The position numbers were made by a program, and so were the translations under genes. A stretch of DNA of 64,000 nucleotides from a virus (lineage: Duplodnaviria; Caudoviricetes): the IMG/VR virus record IMGVR_UViG_3300023100_000003, positions 1 through 64,000 of that record; one strand, given 5' to 3'. A model generated the notes under the pieces. That model saw only the letters and a program-made list of their open reading frames with translations, did no database searches and was not told where the DNA came from. The stretch's first letter is position 1, and each line of letters opens with the position of its first letter. Below, in pieces: positions 28,993 to 37,928 of this stretch.

Positions 28993-30497
28993 TATTTATT
29001 ATTCGCATTATTGGATGATTTATCTCCACCCTTAGTTGCTTTTCCTGTTCCTGACGGTAAGCCTTCAGAAAGTCCTTCACCACTTCCAGAAGTATCTTCA
29101 GGTAATAGTTTAAGAATATCTTCTATTGTTGTTCCATCAGGGAAAGGATCTAAACCCATCTGTTCAAGAATTTCATTGAACACTTCAATAGTCTTAGGCA
29201 TATACCCTACAGCAGCAATACGCTGTACGAACTTAGAGAATACATCTAAATCTTTCTTATCAATTTCTTCGTAAGTAATTTCAGGAACTTCTGTAAGATC
29301 CCAACCATTAGCTTCCCATAAGAGACGTACTAAGTGATGATTGAGTTGATCTTTAATCTCAAGAAGCTTTGACTCAACGTACATACCAACTAATGTTGAT
29401 TTACTATCAGCAAGAGCATTACTGCCATTATCTAATTGACCTAGTAACAAGCTATCTGCAAAGAGAGATGTTAATATCTCTTTTACATAGCGTTGAATAA
29501 CTGCATCTGTATCAACTGTCTTTTGCCCTTGAACACCAAGAAGTTCTAATTTGAACATTGCTTCTTTACTATCAGCATCGTAAGCATTAGGAAGAATGAT
29601 CCCTGATTGCTCACTACGATGAATCAAGTTCATCATCTTTTTGTAGTATTCGAATACAGCTTTTTGTTCTTCACTAGCATCCTCAGTCATATACTCAGGA
29701 GGAATGTATAGAACTTTCAAACCACGAGCATCTGTAGCAATTGATATTGCTTCAAACTCTTTGATCGAAGTCATGTACTTCCAACTTTCCCAAGCAGCCA
29801 TCAGAGGTGATTGACCTAAAGGTGAGTCTTTACGAGAAGCATTACGGAATAATAGGAACTTCTTACGAGGTATAACTTTATTGCCAGTACCAGATGCAAG
29901 GTTTACCATAGAAGGTAAAGGAGCACTGGAAGAATTATTATTTGATTGGTTTACATAGAAGCGTTGTTCAATACTTTCTAAATCACGGAAGTTTGAATCG
30001 TAGTTAAATTTAGCAATTGTTTCTTGTGCTCTTGATGGGAGTTTCTTTACACCAACTAACCCATCATCATATTTACTACCGTAACGTTTACGTCTTTGTC
30101 TGAATACAATCTCATGTATTCCAAAACCATATGTATTGAATCCAGAAGCATCTTTAATAAAAGAGTACCAACTGTGATCCATGTCGTGCATAACTTCTTT
30201 AAGGTATTTTGCTTTAGCTTTAAGATCAGCGGAAGCATCTTTAGGAACTTCTACTCTCCATTTTGATCTTGAAATAAATATCTCTACAAGATTCAAGGCT
30301 GGAGCTATAACTGGATCATTCTTCATCTTGGTGAAAGTGTTAACACAGTAGGGCCACTGTAGTTCCCATCTTTCTGTTTCTAGTCCAACTTGACCACCAA
30401 GAGTAATAACACCAGTCTGACCTATTTCTCCCATTCTAAGACGTAAAGGAGCATTATCCCCTTTCTCTACAGAATCGGGAGTCTTTTCATCAGCCAT
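28992..30497 (-). CDS. Portal protein
   Basis: 501 aa after TerL; YGFGIHEIV, PLGQSPL and GSNALA (DUF935-like). Confidence 0.85.
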   Translation of the reverse strand: MADEKTPDSVEKGDNAPLRLRMGEIGQTGVITLGGQVGLETERWELQWPYCVNTFTKMKNDPVIAPALNLVEIFISRSKWRVEVPKDASADLKAKAKYLKEVMHDMDHSWYSFIKDASGFNTYGFGIHEIVFRQRRKRYGSKYDDGLVGVKKLPSRAQETIAKFNYDSNFRDLESIEQRFYVNQSNNNSSSAPLPSMVNLASGTGNKVIPRKKFLLFRNASRKDSPLGQSPLMAAWESWKYMTSIKEFEAISIATDARGLKVLYIPPEYMTEDASEEQKAVFEYYKKMMNLIHRSEQSGIILPNAYDADSKEAMFKLELLGVQGQKTVDTDAVIQRYVKEILTSLFADSLLLGQLDNGSNALADSKSTLVGMYVESKLLEIKDQLNHHLVRLLWEANGWDLTEVPEITYEEIDKKDLDVFSKFVQRIAAVGYMPKTIEVFNEILEQMGLDPFPDGTTIEDILKLLPEDTSGSGEGLSEGLPSGTGKATKGGDKSSNNANNK

Positions 30498-30512
30498 TAT
30501 TTATTTCTCGAA

Positions 30513-32006
30513 TTAAAATGAATTTAAAGGATTACTAACTGAAGTATCAATCTTACTGAGACCGTGCATAAAGTTAGGAAGTTTTTTAGATTGAGCTAAG
30601 AACATAAAAGCATCTCCTGTAGCATCAACCATATCTTCCTTCTGGTTACGGGTTGCGGTAAAATTTTCTAACTCTGCATAATAAAAACTATTATTATTAA
30701 ATATTTTATTTTCAAAGTCAGTTGCACAACCTTTAACTATATAAATTCCACCAGCTTCACTTGCTGAACAGAAAGGTCGAAACCTGTCTAGTTTTGACTT
30801 ATTAGTAGGTCTTACTTTAGAACTAAAACCTTCTTCAGATAGTTTTAACTGCATCATCTTAGCAGCAGCTTTACCCGCTGCTCCAGGATCTTGAGGTAGA
30901 ATAATTTCTACTCTTGATCCGTCACGTTTTCCGTTCTCTACTATATGTTTATGTACTTCACCATAAGTACCTCTAAACCTTGTTACTTCTTCAATTACAT
31001 AAGTTCCATCTCTAAGGAAATGCATTTTTACAGAAGCGGTATAGTCTGGATTTGGAGTAGTTTCTGATTTCTTATTACCCGCAATATCATATGCACGACA
31101 GGATTTTATTATATCTTTTGGGTGAGGCGCTTGAGGTATTTCAGTACACCATTCTGATTTCCAAAATCCGCTTGTCTCTTCACGAATATTCCAGTTACCA
31201 TAAAGGTCTCGTTCTTTTCGAACTTTCTTTAAACCTTGTAGGTTTGCTAAATATCCGGGATTTGCTTTTATAAGCGGAGGGTTGTCAAAAATATTTGCAC
31301 CGATCATAGTCATAGAAAGAGGCAGAACATCAGCACCAAACTTTTCTATTAACTCTTCTCTTGTATCTCCCCAAACCATCTCATTATCAATACGTATGAA
31401 CCATCTGCGAACACCACACTTATCTGGGTCAGCACGTCCTGCATGTTCATGACCTTCAGGCAACAACCACCAATCCACCCAATCTCTTAGGAAACTTGAA
31501 GGTGAAGGGTTGCAGGTTAAAACCATTTGAGGTTTCATTTTAGCTTTGGTACGTAAACGAGACAAAACCATTAGGGCATGGTCGAGCTGGATTTCTGTCG
31601 CCTCATCTATCAAACAGAATGAAAACTGACCACCACGCATCGACTCAGCATCTTTATCTGTTTCAAGATGGCTGAACACTATTTCAGCTTTAGATGGGAA
31701 TATAAATTTTTGAGCTTTGTGATTTACTTTCACTTGATTATTGGTAAAGGCACTATACATACCTTTAGCTTCGTCGAAAATAAATCCTGATTTCATGATC
31801 GTAGAAGAATTTCTACGAATAACTATCCCTCTAAAATGAGGATCATCTACCCATTTTAGAAGTTTTAATAATGACGTGTAAGTCTTCCCAGACCCCATAG
31901 ATCCACCATATACAATGATGTCACTTAAGTCATCTTGTAAAAGTAGAGCTTGTTTGAGTGATGCGGGTCCAAAGGAATACATAGACTCTTCAGGAGCATC
32001 TATCAT
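30513..32006 (-). CDS. terL: Terminase large subunit
   Basis: Walker A YGGSMGSGKT, Walker B LIDEA, TCNP coupling motif, RNase H-like AYDIA...DMVDA. Confidence 0.95.
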   Translation of the reverse strand: MIDAPEESMYSFGPASLKQALLLQDDLSDIIVYGGSMGSGKTYTSLLKLLKWVDDPHFRGIVIRRNSSTIMKSGFIFDEAKGMYSAFTNNQVKVNHKAQKFIFPSKAEIVFSHLETDKDAESMRGGQFSFCLIDEATEIQLDHALMVLSRLRTKAKMKPQMVLTCNPSPSSFLRDWVDWWLLPEGHEHAGRADPDKCGVRRWFIRIDNEMVWGDTREELIEKFGADVLPLSMTMIGANIFDNPPLIKANPGYLANLQGLKKVRKERDLYGNWNIREETSGFWKSEWCTEIPQAPHPKDIIKSCRAYDIAGNKKSETTPNPDYTASVKMHFLRDGTYVIEEVTRFRGTYGEVHKHIVENGKRDGSRVEIILPQDPGAAGKAAAKMMQLKLSEEGFSSKVRPTNKSKLDRFRPFCSASEAGGIYIVKGCATDFENKIFNNNSFYYAELENFTATRNQKEDMVDATGDAFMFLAQSKKLPNFMHGLSKIDTSVSNPLNSF

Positions 32007-32015
32007 TCTTTATTC

Positions 32016-32291
32016 CTAAACAGCTAAGGCCACACTAACAGGGCTTACCGTAACGGATTTAGCTACTTTATAATTTGCACTACCAGATAACACTTTGAAA
32101 GGAACAGTGGCTGTGAGACGGTTAGCATCTCCTGTAGTAACAAAACCAGCACCATGTTCAACAAGAATGTCTACATATTCACCACCAGTTAAACCACTAG
32201 CAGATACTACTTTAGTACTACCACTCTTAACCCCAACAATAGCTGCTGAAGTTTCTGCTGCTGTCTTAGCAGTGATAAGGATTACTGACAT
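32016..32291 (-). CDS. Small hypothetical (possibly virion) protein
   Basis: 91-aa beta-rich ORF with phage codon usage, co-oriented with the late operon. Confidence 0.5.
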   Translation of the reverse strand: MSVILITAKTAAETSAAIVGVKSGSTKVVSASGLTGGEYVDILVEHGAGFVTTGDANRLTATVPFKVLSGSANYKVAKSVTVSPVSVALAV

Positions 32292-32568
32292 TATTATTGC
32301 CTTTGATTATTTTAAGGAAAATATTTATGATATAAAATAGAATCCCTGAACAGACATTTCTGCTCTAATTGCATGGTGTGGTTCAGGGAGGGAAAAAGGG
32401 GAGTTTCTACTAACACAAGAAACTGATAACCAGTGTGTCTAACAAGACAAGACATCTTTATGCAGATGTTATTAGATTGCTTGAGTAGATTAAGTCCGGC
32501 TTCCTCTACGACTGTTTATCCAGCATTTCCAGCTCATGGTGGTGCATCTGATATTAACCAAGCAAATT

Positions 32569-32645
32569 TGGTCTCTTCTGAATGATTCGAACATTCGGTT
32601 TCTTCGTCCCAAACGAAGCGACTTGACCAGCTAGCCTAAGAAGAG
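32569..32645 (-). tRNA. tRNA-Pro(UGG)
   Basis: CTCTTCT/AGAAGAG acceptor, CTTCG-TTTGGGA-CGAAG anticodon arm, TTCGAAT T-loop, encoded CCA. Confidence 0.93.
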
Positions 32646-32649
32646 ATAT

Positions 32650-32725
32650 TGGATGCTGAAGCCTTGGATTCGAACCAAGAATAAAAGGTTATGAGCCTCT
32701 TGTGATACCATTTCACTAGCCAGCA
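32650..32725 (-). tRNA. tRNA-Met(CAU), elongator-type (or Ile2), irregular acceptor stem
   Basis: GTGA/TCAC D arm, AGAGG-CTCATAA-CCTTT anticodon arm, CTTGG-TTCGAAT-CCAAG T arm, encoded CCA. Confidence 0.82.
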
Positions 32726-32932
32726 ATAATTAAAGATGGTACGTTATTATCCATCTACGTCTCTCTGTTATCACAGGTACTCCTTGCAGCAGTTGTACCT
32801 TGATGTGGAGTGTAGCCCAACTTAATAAGACTTCTAGAAGCCTAGGAAATATCCAGAAGGACGTTAAGTTGTTCCTTCCCAGACAACCGTTAACTTAATA
32901 ACTTATGTTAGGGAAAAGTTCGAGTCTTGTTC

Positions 32933-33031
32933 GCAGTCATGCCAAGAGAAACATGGAGGAAAAGGGAATCACCTAGGAGGGAAATGATCACCTTACTGCT
33001 TTGAGGACATAACGAGGAGGAGAGGTTATGT
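32933..33031 (-). ncRNA. Candidate structured RNA with CU-rich (CCUCC) loops
   Basis: ACAUAAC-CUCUCCUCCUC-GUUAUGU hairpin plus a GCAGU/ACUGC-closed multiloop containing UUUCCCUCCU and UUUUCCUCC. Confidence 0.45.
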
Positions 33032-33037
33032 TTATTC

Positions 33038-33460
33038 TTATTTGTCTTCTGTAGATCGTACCGTTAAGCTGAGCTTTGATACATTATTGGGCTTAGGTAC
33101 TTCTTCCACAGGTACTTTAGCTGGGGTGGAATCTTCCTTAGAATAAAGCTCTTTAATGGCTTCTTCAAATTTATCCATAAGCGTCTTAGCTGCTGTACAT
33201 CTTACATTAGCTGATACTTGATTCATCTTAGCTAAGTCATCTTCTACAACAAGCTCATCCTTAGATGAATCCTTCTCTTTAGATTTAACTTTAGAGATAT
33301 CAATACCCGCAAGCTTAGCTAATTCTTCAGCAGCTGGTTTATAATAAGGTTTCAGGGTTGCTATGATTTCTCTCTTGATGAGAGCTTGACGTTCTGTTAC
33401 TTCGGAATTAGGAGGTCTACCAGCACCCCTCTTAGGGGAGTCTTTAAACTTTGTAGCCAT
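33038..33460 (-). CDS. Putative terminase small subunit
   Basis: RGAGRPP N-terminus, helical core, first gene upstream of the tRNA block and TerL. Confidence 0.45.
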   Translation of the reverse strand: MATKFKDSPKRGAGRPPNSEVTERQALIKREIIATLKPYYKPAAEELAKLAGIDISKVKSKEKDSSKDELVVEDDLAKMNQVSANVRCTAAKTLMDKFEEAIKELYSKEDSTPAKVPVEEVPKPNNVSKLSLTVRSTEDK

Positions 33461-33573
33461 TTGTTTATCTCTTATACTTTTTTAATCTACTATATATAGT
33501 ATCTCATATATTTCTATATAATACCATTTTATGGTAAAATATTTTTGTCAATATAGTTAACACTTTTTAACAT

Positions 33574-33777
33574 TTATTCTTCCCAATCATATTCGCTATG
33601 GATTATTCCTGTAATATCTTGAAATGCATAATCTTTGACCACCAGAGAATCTACATTGATTATATACTTTCTAATACAATCCTCGCAGAAGTCCTCTTTA
33701 TATAAAGTACCGTCTGATAATGTCTTATATTCTTCTTCCTCTGAAAGAGGTGCCCCACATGATGTGCATTTATTCAT
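33574..33777 (-). CDS. Small zinc-finger protein
   Basis: CTSCG...FCEDC. Confidence 0.55.
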   Translation of the reverse strand: MNKCTSCGAPLSEEEEYKTLSDGTLYKEDFCEDCIRKYIINVDSLVVKDYAFQDITGIIHSEYDWEE

Positions 33778-33817
33778 ATTTATTATATCTTATGGTTAAG
33801 CCCTTATGAAAGGGCAC

Positions 33818-34630
33818 TTAATTTCCTAGTCCTTGAATACATAATCTCATACTTTTAGGTAATTTACCATTATATGCTTCTCTTATTTTGACAACATGTC
33901 TGAGAGTATATTCTGGAGAATTTATATATTTATCATATATCTGATTTAACTCTTTGGATCTTTCTCTTCGAGTAATAATAGTGTAAACAGAATTATAGGA
34001 CAACCCTAACAAATCACCTATAGCTTTAGAAGATACTCCATTCCTATTCAGAGCAAAAATAACAAGAATATTTTGCCAAACTTCTTTATAACTTCTGCCT
34101 AGGGATTGCGACAAATAAAATAAATCGTAAGGCACCCCATTTCTTTGAAAATCTTCTTTAGTACACAATTTTCTGATTGTTGATTCTACATACCCACAAG
34201 TGTCTCTATAAGTTATAAATCTATCTGTTAAATAAATCCTATAATCTTCATCTCTCACTGGAGCAGGGCATAATCCCATTTCATACATGTGTATAGTGTT
34301 TTCAGAACGAGTAGCCCATTCCAAATTATCTAATTTATTATTGAGCTTATTACCATCTTTGTGATTGACTTCAGGTTTATTCTCAGGATTGGGGATAAAG
34401 GCTTCTGCTACAATTCTATGCAGATAAAGTGAACTAGCTACACCATCGTCAGCTGTAAGGCAAAGTAACCTGTAAGTTTTAGAATCTCGTGATTTATCGT
34501 ACATAACTGCGCCTACCATTCTGTAAGGCTCTCCCTTCCTCAGAACACTAAAAACTTCAGAATCTTTCGTCACATAATATCTTCCTTCAAATCCTTTTAT
34601 CCATTTCCTGTCTTCATTCATTTCTATCAT
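33818..34630 (-). CDS. Free-standing NUMOD4-HNH homing endonuclease
   Basis: WIKGFEGRYYV (NUMOD4) and LHRIVAEAFIPNPENKPEVNHKDGNKLNNKLDNLEW. Confidence 0.9.
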   Translation of the reverse strand: MIEMNEDRKWIKGFEGRYYVTKDSEVFSVLRKGEPYRMVGAVMYDKSRDSKTYRLLCLTADDGVASSLYLHRIVAEAFIPNPENKPEVNHKDGNKLNNKLDNLEWATRSENTIHMYEMGLCPAPVRDEDYRIYLTDRFITYRDTCGYVESTIRKLCTKEDFQRNGVPYDLFYLSQSLGRSYKEVWQNILVIFALNRNGVSSKAIGDLLGLSYNSVYTIITRRERSKELNQIYDKYINSPEYTLRHVVKIREAYNGKLPKSMRLCIQGLGN

Positions 34631-35028
34631 AACCCGCGATACTCCTTCTCTTTCAAGTAAAACTCATAATGATTCAATGTCTGATTCACTTCACAATACT
34701 CTATAACAGAGATTAAGTGATCATTACTCATATCTCGCAGAGATACCCAATGCAATGGCTCTGTTCCTTTCTTACCAAATGATCCTCTAGCGAGGTGTAA
34801 CCTGACAACTTCAAAGGGTGCATCTGAGAACACAGATAAATCTTCATAATCATCTGGATCACCCATACGCTTACAATAGTCTAATCCACCATCTACACTC
34901 AGCTTACCACAACTACAGGGTACACAGTGATGTCTATATCGACTTATCACAACATCATTACAGCTCTTACACATAGCTTTGTTGGCTATAATCTTAACGT
35001 AGTCTTTATTATCTGATAACACAATCAC
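34627..35028 (-). CDS. Conserved phage zinc-binding protein
   Basis: CKSCNDVVISRYRHHCVPCSCGKLSVDGG. Confidence 0.65.
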   Translation of the reverse strand: MIVLSDNKDYVKIIANKAMCKSCNDVVISRYRHHCVPCSCGKLSVDGGLDYCKRMGDPDDYEDLSVFSDAPFEVVRLHLARGSFGKKGTEPLHWVSLRDMSNDHLISVIEYCEVNQTLNHYEFYLKEKEYRGL

Positions 35029-35036
35029 CTCCTATA

Positions 35037-35336
35037 TTAGCTTATACTAAATGTTTTTAATGCTTTCATTATCTCTGTATATGACTGAGTAGAGGGTGGA
35101 TACCTTTTCTTCAATTCACATTCAGTTGCAAACAATGTAATCTCTTCGTCTTCTGATGGAAGCCCTATATCATAATTATGAGCTTTAATAGGGCCATGAT
35201 CATAGATACTACCATTGTAACTGGTTTTACAATTAATGGGTAATACATCCTCAATGGTATACACTCCATTAAACTGAGGATGAGTTAAACTAGTGAATGT
35301 TACTTCTTCTCCAATACTGTACTTAGGATTACTCAT
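35037..35336 (-). CDS. Hypothetical SH3-like protein
   Basis: PKYSIGEEV start after a GGAGG SD. Confidence 0.5.
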   Translation of the reverse strand: MSNPKYSIGEEVTFTSLTHPQFNGVYTIEDVLPINCKTSYNGSIYDHGPIKAHNYDIGLPSEDEEITLFATECELKKRYPPSTQSYTEIMKALKTFSIS

Positions 35337-35650
35337 ACTACCCTCCATCACATTTAACAGGGATTACAACGTCATCACAATAATTATCATCGTATACTTT
35401 GTATACAGTATATGCTAACAAGAAAACCACAATTGTTATACAACAGACGGATTGTTTATATTTCATTTCTGTAGTTCTTCCATCATCCACTTAAACTCTT
35501 TGTATTCTTTTAGTAGAGCATCATAATCTTGTGCAGAAACCCAATCACCTCTAACAACTGTAGTTTCAAACATCTCCTTACCATCATTCCAGATACCATA
35601 GTAATCATTAAATGTTTCATACCGTTTTACATTCTCAAAATCTTGCATAT

Positions 35651-35932
35651 TTATTCTCCAAAATATTGCCATAGCACAGCATTACAAACACTATGTACAG
35701 CACCAATTGTTAAGCCAGTATTATGGCAATGATGTAAGTGTACAGGATACTTAAAGAAAGAGCTAGGGAATAATGATTCTTTTATTTTAAACTTAAGTAC
35801 TTTATCGCTTGGATCAAGGTTAAGTGAATTACCACAATGAGAACATTTACCATTCTGTATTCTTATGTACTCTTCTCTAACCAAACGTCTTTCTGGTTGA
35901 GTTAGTCTGTTATAATCTACTGGTAGTTTCAT
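35651..35932 (-). CDS. Small Endo VII/HNH-like zinc nuclease
   Basis: QNGKCSHCG...VHLHHCHNTGLTIGAVHSVCN. Confidence 0.65.
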   Translation of the reverse strand: MKLPVDYNRLTQPERRLVREEYIRIQNGKCSHCGNSLNLDPSDKVLKFKIKESLFPSSFFKYPVHLHHCHNTGLTIGAVHSVCNAVLWQYFGE

Positions 35933-36123
35933 AGTGAGCTAAACACCTGAGCAAGCTCTACTTCATACTTAGCTTTTTTATTAGTCATAGGATCAAATCC
36001 ATCAGTAACATTAAGACCAACCACTATCCACTGCTTACCAAAAGCTTCATATACCTTATGTCTATATCCATCGCAATACTCTACGTATTCGTCTTGGGTG
36101 ATGCTAAATTTTATTTGATTCAT
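35929..36123 (-). CDS. Hypothetical protein
   Basis: ORF packed between neighbours with a GAGG SD. Confidence 0.45.
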   Translation of the reverse strand: MNQIKFSITQDEYVEYCDGYRHKVYEAFGKQWIVVGLNVTDGFDPMTNKKAKYEVELAQVFSSL

Positions 36124-36124
36124 C

Positions 36125-37507
36125 TTACTTAACCTCAATTACACAATTATGGCTACTACCCAACACTTGTTCAAAACATCCTCTCATAACTTCTATCCCC
36201 TCATCTTTAAATCGTTCTTTAACAATTATACTATCATGCACAGGAATGATAACTTCTCCAATACTGTTGAAATGGCCTATCACTAGATCCATTATTTTAC
36301 TATCAATATTCTGTAATAGCAATCCCTTAGGTTCATGGAACCATAATCTAATGTAATCATTCCGTTCTACGATAGCTTCAATGATTGCAGTATAGTCTAT
36401 AAACTTAGGACATTTACCTTCTTCTACGAGTTTAGGTACAACCCCCTCTACGAACATCATGTTAGCTAGATTTCTCCTTGACTCCCACCAACTAGCTACC
36501 CCTTTTGGATCAACACTAATACCACTATTCAAGAGTATTAAAGATGCAAACTTACCAAAGTATCTGCATGTACGATCTTCATAATTAGGCAAAGTAATTG
36601 CATAGGGGTCAAAATCAACATCAAGTTCAATTCCATCTAAGGTAGCTGCTATTCTGGGGTGTAATGACTTGAAGTCAATCTCTACAGTTGGTTCTCCATC
36701 TATCCTAATCTTAGGTCTAATACCACGTTCCATAATCTTAGCTCCATCACCTATAACAAAACTTCGCCCACCTTGCTCAAATGATGAGTTATTGTAAACT
36801 TTCTTTAGTTGAATATCATAACACTCTTCCCCGACTTCTATCATACTACTTCTAGTCATCTTGTTATACTTGTTTAGCATTTGAACTACTTCTTTCTGAT
36901 AAAAGGGTAGAGGTGTTACTACTGGCTTCTTGTCAGAGTTTCTTATTTCCAAGACTGAAGGTATTGTAGGTATCCTACTCTTGTAACAAATAGTCTTAAG
37001 ATGTTCGTACAACTCTTCACTTAGCCTCATACTGGAGCTTATTGTCTTATCTGGAACTAATATACCACCCTTCATTACCCAAGAGCCTATACACCCTACA
37101 GTTAGATTACCTCTACCTGAGTAGTGCAACCAATCGAAAACACTTCTAGAGAATGTGTAGGATACTTTACGGTTAACTTTAGTTCCATTATAGATCAAAG
37201 GTAAGCTGTAAGTCTCTTTATGTAAAACTACAGGAACTTCATCTCTACCAAAAGATACTTGATACATTGCATTATATACAAAACAAGCAACAGCTTGGTA
37301 TATCTTTGTTTTCTTGCTTTCTGTAAGCTTCAGTATTACTTGTTGGCCATACTCTTCTATGTATTCGTTATACAGATTTTCTACAGTGGTAGTAAGGTAT
37401 TTAGGAACCTTATAATCCATTAGATAAATACTAATAATACATCTCCATACTACTACTCCTTCATTAGTGAACAAAAAGTTAATAAAATAGCTCTCTAACC
37501 CAAGCAC
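36125..37507 (-). CDS. Minimal A-family/T7-like polymerase (TV-Pol-like); start uncertain (possibly ATG 37420)
   Basis: GGR motif, motif A VEIDFKSLHPR, motif B-like RYFGK, LQNIDS helix, motif C IPVHDSII; no exonuclease domain recognised. Confidence 0.65.
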   Translation of the reverse strand: MLGLESYFINFLFTNEGVVVWRCIISIYLMDYKVPKYLTTTVENLYNEYIEEYGQQVILKLTESKKTKIYQAVACFVYNAMYQVSFGRDEVPVVLHKETYSLPLIYNGTKVNRKVSYTFSRSVFDWLHYSGRGNLTVGCIGSWVMKGGILVPDKTISSSMRLSEELYEHLKTICYKSRIPTIPSVLEIRNSDKKPVVTPLPFYQKEVVQMLNKYNKMTRSSMIEVGEECYDIQLKKVYNNSSFEQGGRSFVIGDGAKIMERGIRPKIRIDGEPTVEIDFKSLHPRIAATLDGIELDVDFDPYAITLPNYEDRTCRYFGKFASLILLNSGISVDPKGVASWWESRRNLANMMFVEGVVPKLVEEGKCPKFIDYTAIIEAIVERNDYIRLWFHEPKGLLLQNIDSKIMDLVIGHFNSIGEVIIPVHDSIIVKERFKDEGIEVMRGCFEQVLGSSHNCVIEVK

Positions 37508-37661
37508 AGCAAGGGTTTCAGGGTTAAAAAGAGGTTAAATAAATCCCTCTACATAAGTACTACTATACACCTCTTTTTCTAGAATACTAGCCCCTCCTAT
37601 AGATTTGTTTGTTATTTAAACCGATGAAGTTATAACCCAAATATCAACTACCTCTATTTCC

Positions 37662-37709
37662 ACGTCTACAAGCCATTTTAACCCTTTACCTAGGCCGTAG
37701 TATTCCTTT
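37662..37709 (+). repeat. Dispersed intergenic element, copy 1
   Basis: ACGTCTACA-27 nt-TAGTATTCCTTT; ungapped match to 55853-55900. Confidence 0.65.
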
Positions 37710-37775
37710 TACTATAAAACGTTCCTATGACGCTTATACGAAGCCGTATGGCTATTGTAGCATTACACATCAACC

Positions 37776-37803
37776 ATTATAAACACATATTAGAATAGTA
37801 CAA
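37776..37803 (-). promoter_or_regulatory. Leftward sigma70-like promoter
   Basis: TTGTAC-16 bp-TATAAT in the divergent intergenic region. Confidence 0.5.
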
Positions 37804-37839
37804 GCATTATTTAATATAAAATATATTTACTCTTACCTC

Positions 37840-37868
37840 TTGTATTTAAGCATACCTCATGGTAATAT
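37840..37868 (+). promoter_or_regulatory. Rightward sigma70-like promoter (extended -10)
   Basis: TTGTAT-17 bp-TAATAT, with TG just upstream of the -10. Confidence 0.55.
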
Positions 37869-37928
37869 TCTCTTATGAACTTAAAGAAGTGTTCATTTAT
37901 CAATATCTTAAACAACAAAGGAGTCTAT

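Noticed and set aside
32343-32560. tmRNA or RNase P RNA
   Set aside because: No tRNA-like ends, T-loop or tag reading frame; GAGGAAGCCGGAC only loosely resembles the RNase P P4 strand and has no partner.
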